Source of the DNA: an uncultured Syntrophorhabdus sp.
Lineage (GTDB): Bacteria; Desulfobacterota; BSN033; UBA1163
Direction: 5' to 3'
NCBI GenBank assembly: GCA_964599175.1
Contig: CAZREE010000003.1
Coordinates: 1 to 38,157 of the forward strand
DNA length: 38,157 nt
The notes beneath the pieces are model-generated. The model searched no databases. It was given only the letters and a program-made list of their open reading frames with translations, and was not told the DNA's origin. Below, piece by piece: positions 35,312-38,157 of this stretch (position 1 is its first letter; each line of letters opens with the position of its first letter). A program made the translations under genes and the position numbers.

Positions 35312-36562
35312 ATGGACCAGAACCTCAGACAATTTTACTTCTTCAGCGATTTTTTGGACCGGAAAGTCTATTCGCCGTCCGGAAAGAAGATAGGCAAAAT
35401 CGCAGATCTGGTGGCGGAGAGGATAGAGCCCTATCCGATGATTCTCGGGATGGCGATTCAGACCAAGGGGAGAAAAAAGTTATTTCTTCCCTGGGAGAAG
35501 ATGCTTCAAGTCGAACCCCAAATCATCCTCTCCGAAGAAGACCTTCTTGATCTAACGGCCTTCCTCACCGCAGAGGACGCGGTCCTGCTTCGAGACGAGG
35601 TGATGGACAAACAGATCGTCGACACCTACGGAGCGAAGGTGGTAAGGGTCAACGACCTTCACTTCTTAAGGGTGGAGTCCCGGTTACGTCTGGTTCATGT
35701 GGATGTGGGGTTTCGGGGATTAATGAGAAGGGTGGGATGGGAGAGACCGGCTGACCGAGTCCTTGACTGGCTCTTCTCCTACAGGCTGCCCAATCAATTC
35801 ATCTCCTGGAAGTATGTTCAACTCCTCTCCGGTTCGGATCTGCTCCACCTCAGCGTCTCTCAGAAGAAGCTGTCTCATCTTCACCCTGCGGATTTAGCCG
35901 ATATCATCGAGGATTTAAGCGGTCGAGAACGCTCGGCCATCTTCCACGCCCTGGATCCTGAGACGGCCGCAGAGACCCTTGAGGAGATCGATCCGAAGAT
36001 TCAGAAGGCACTGATTGAAACCATCCCTCTGGAGAAAGCTTCGGATATTGTAGAAGAGATGTCGCCCAGCGATGCAGCCGATCTTCTGGGTGATCTTCCA
36101 GAAGAGAGGGCTGAAGAAATTCTGGAGAGGATGGAACAGGAGAAGGCCGAAGACGTGAGAGAGCTGCTCGTCCATCCCGACGAATCCGCCGGAGGGCTGA
36201 TGACCACGGCTTATCTCAGCCTGACGCCGGAGGTCACCGTGGAGGCCGCCATTTCGCGGTTAAAGGCGGAAGCTCCGAATCTGGACATCATTGATTACAT
36301 TTATGTGGTAGATGAGGAAGGGGCGCTTCAGGGCGTGATCAGCATTCGGGACCTCCTCACAGCCCAATCGCATCAACCGCTTTCCGAAATCCAGACTCCA
36401 AGGGTGGTAAGCGTTAAACTGGACGAAGATCAGAATGAGGTGGTCGATGCCTTCGCCAAGTATGGATTCAGAGCCCTGCCTGTCCTGGATGAAGAAAACC
36501 GTTTGAGAGGCGTGATCAGCTTTCGAAGCGTCCTCGATGTGCTGGCGCCGGATGCCGGATAA
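35312..36562 (+). CDS. soluble PRC-barrel x2, MgtE N-domain, CBS-pair protein (MgtE cytoplasmic sensor without the transmembrane pore)
   Basis: LHPADLADIIEDL...AAETLEEIDP...ASDIVEEMSPSDAADLLGDLP is the MgtE_N block. It is followed by two CBS motifs (GGLMTTAY..., ALPVLDEENRLRGVIS). The ORF ends right after CBS2, with no TM segment. N-terminal PRC-barrel-like repeats are KVYSPSGKKIGKIADLV and QIVDTYGAKVVRVNDL. Confidence 0.75.
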   Translation: MDQNLRQFYFFSDFLDRKVYSPSGKKIGKIADLVAERIEPYPMILGMAIQTKGRKKLFLPWEKMLQVEPQIILSEEDLLDLTAFLTAEDAVLLRDEVMDKQIVDTYGAKVVRVNDLHFLRVESRLRLVHVDVGFRGLMRRVGWERPADRVLDWLFSYRLPNQFISWKYVQLLSGSDLLHLSVSQKKLSHLHPADLADIIEDLSGRERSAIFHALDPETAAETLEEIDPKIQKALIETIPLEKASDIVEEMSPSDAADLLGDLPEERAEEILERMEQEKAEDVRELLVHPDESAGGLMTTAYLSLTPEVTVEAAISRLKAEAPNLDIIDYIYVVDEEGALQGVISIRDLLTAQSHQPLSEIQTPRVVSVKLDEDQNEVVDAFAKYGFRALPVLDEENRLRGVISFRSVLDVLAPDAG

Positions 36563-36569
36563 TCTTAAA

Positions 36570-36686
36570 CACCAATCACCAGGTACCAATAACCCAATAA
36601 TAACCCCTGCCTACCGGCAGGCAGGAATATCCAAATTCAAAATTCCAAACAACGTTTGATTATTGGGTATTGGATTATTGGAATTT
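36570..36686. repeat. family-1 composite palindromic repeat, copy 4 (collapsed GC core inside the arms)
   Basis: accaatcaccaggtaccaataacccaataataac + cctgcctaccggcaggcagg (36606-36625) + aatatccaaattcaaaattcc...ttgattattgggtattggattattggaattt. Confidence 0.8.
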
Positions 36687-36708
36687 GAAGCATTTTTTAG
36701 ACACAACC

Positions 36709-37965
36709 ATGCCTGAGTCTACTCAATGGTTTTCAAGCTCAAAGCGGTCCTTGTGGAGAACCGTCAGCCTCTTCTTCATTCTGATGGGGCCGGGCATCAT
36801 TACCTCCAACGTGGACAATGATGCCGGCGGGATCACCACTTACTCCTTAGCCGGTTCGCAATTTGGGCTGAAACTCATCTGGTCTTTGATTCCCATTATG
36901 ATTGTGCTGATCGTCGTCCAGGAGATGTGCGCCCGGATGGGAGTGGTGACGGGAAAGGGTCTTTCAGATCTGATCCGGGAAAAATTCGGCGCCAAGATTA
37001 CCTTCTATTTGATGATTGCCATGTTCCTGACCAACATGGGCAATGCCATCTCCAACTTCGCCGGGGTGGCGGCGGGGATGGAGATCTTTGGCGTCGATAA
37101 ATTCATCTCTGTTCCCATCAGCGCCTTTTTAGTCTGGTGGATGGTCGTCAAGGGGACCTATAAATCGGTTGAAAAGGCCTTTCTCATTGCATGCATCTTT
37201 TACATCTCTTACATCATCACAGGCATCATAGTAAAGCCGGACTGGGACCATGTGGTCGAACAATTTTTACACCCTCAATTGAGCCTTCAACCCTCTGAGA
37301 TGGCTATGGTGATCGGTCTTGTGGGAACCACGATCGCCCCCTGGATGCAGTTCTACCTTCAGGCCTCGATCGTTGAGAAGGGGATCAAGATAGAGGAATA
37401 TAAGTTTGCACGGTTCGATGTGGTCATGGGATCGGTCGTTGTCCACATCGTCGCTTTCTTTATCATCCTGGTCTGTGCGGAGACCCTCTTCAAGCATGGG
37501 ATTCAAATCGAAACAGCGAAGGACGCGGCTCTTTCCCTTAAGCCTCTGGCCGGAAAATATTGCACTTATCTCTTTGCCTTCGGGTTGGTCAATGCCTCCC
37601 TCTTTGCGGCCTCAATCCTTCCCCTCTCCACGACCTATCTCATCTGTGAAGGCCTGGGTTGGGAAGTGGGGATTGATAAAAAGTTTATAGAAGCCCCTCA
37701 ATTCTACGGGATCTACTCCCTCATCATCTTTCTGGGGGCGGGCATCATCCTCTACCCGGACCTCCCGCTCATTCCCATCATGTACTTCTCACAAGTCGTC
37801 AACGGGATCGTGCTCCCCTTCATCCTCATCTTCATTCTTCTACTCATCAATGATAAAAAATTAATGATGCAGCATACCAATGGCCCTATCTTTAATGTCA
37901 TCGCCTGGGCAACCACGGTCATCCTGATCGTCCTTACCCTCGTGCTCTTCATCCAGATGATTTAA
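36709..37965 (+). CDS. Nramp-family transporter with NRMT-type (Nramp-related magnesium transporter) binding-site substitutions
   Basis: TM1 motif VDNDAGGITT replaces DPGN. TM6 motif GTTIAPWMQFYLQ replaces GA.IMPHNL. Multiple TM helices. ATG36709 is preferred because TTG36670 lies inside the repeat. Confidence 0.75.
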   Translation: MPESTQWFSSSKRSLWRTVSLFFILMGPGIITSNVDNDAGGITTYSLAGSQFGLKLIWSLIPIMIVLIVVQEMCARMGVVTGKGLSDLIREKFGAKITFYLMIAMFLTNMGNAISNFAGVAAGMEIFGVDKFISVPISAFLVWWMVVKGTYKSVEKAFLIACIFYISYIITGIIVKPDWDHVVEQFLHPQLSLQPSEMAMVIGLVGTTIAPWMQFYLQASIVEKGIKIEEYKFARFDVVMGSVVVHIVAFFIILVCAETLFKHGIQIETAKDAALSLKPLAGKYCTYLFAFGLVNASLFAASILPLSTTYLICEGLGWEVGIDKKFIEAPQFYGIYSLIIFLGAGIILYPDLPLIPIMYFSQVVNGIVLPFILIFILLLINDKKLMMQHTNGPIFNVIAWATTVILIVLTLVLFIQMI

Positions 37966-38057
37966 TTGCAATAGGAAATACCAAAGTAAAAACTTAGCCT
38001 TTTCAAATACTTAGATATAGGACACTTCCTGGGAAAGGTCTCCTGTTAGACTATTTC

Positions 38058-38157
38058 TAATCCCCTTCCCACCTCTATTCCCACATTAAGTTAAGGGGGG
38101 ATGTCCGCTTAAAGCGGATCCGCCTCAGGCGGAAAGGGGGGTTATGAGCCTTTTTTT
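38058..38157 (+). terminator. family-2 G/C-tract palindrome, copy C (inverted orientation, with an insertion), followed by a T-run; probable terminator
   Basis: taatcccc...ctctattccc..ttaaggggggatg...gaaaggggggtta resembles the reverse complement of copy A. It contains inner hairpins tccgctt/aagcgga and tccgcc/ggcgga. It ends with gagccttttttt at the window edge. Confidence 0.45.

Overview
About 38 kb of bacterial chromosome, moderate GC, compact, mostly + strand genes. The lineage cannot be assigned from sequence alone. The content (class III anaerobic RNR, lapA/lapB-, yhdP- and comF-type genes) fits a diderm anaerobe or microaerophile.

Backbone, in order:
- pxpC and an MBL-fold hydrolase.
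- A minus-strand pair: NYN/OST-HTH protein followed by a secreted beta-propeller.
- A very AT-rich spacer, then a tandem array of membrane-anchored GcvH-fold paralogs.
- A B12/radical-SAM (TIGR03960/TIGR03936-like fusion) gene with rng.
- The conserved block rplU-rpmA-obgE-proB-proA-nadD-rsfS, then a dksA-like gene, a lapA/lapB fusion and comF.
- A 1170-aa YhdP/AsmA-like protein.
- nrdD, a glutaredoxin-like gene and nrdG.
- A PAS-GGDEF cyclase, a NUDIX hydrolase and an orphan gene.
- A two-gene magnesium module: a soluble PRC-barrel/MgtE-N/CBS protein plus an Nramp-related transporter with an NRMT-type binding site.

Accessory content: an AT-rich islet of about 3.8 kb sits between rng and rplU. 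It carries an XRE-HTH/ImmA-IrrE peptidase gene overlapping a PIN-like gene, an orphan ORF with its own strong promoter, a truncated GIY-YIG gene and an MNT/HEPN pair.

Intergenic spacers hold several families of composite palindromic repeats that no gene model explains:
- a CCAAT/ATTGG-armed family, 4 copies;
- a G/C-tract palindrome family, 3-4 copies;
- a nested ATCAGG-armed palindrome of about 280 bp that splits the nrd operon;
- a 228-bp long palindrome upstream of the radical SAM gene.

No rRNA, tRNA, CRISPR array or transposase gene was recognised.

Most interesting candidates: the GcvH-fold paralog array, the split MgtE-sensor/NRMT module with its long structured leader, the HTH-ImmA/PIN pair in the islet, and the repeat families.
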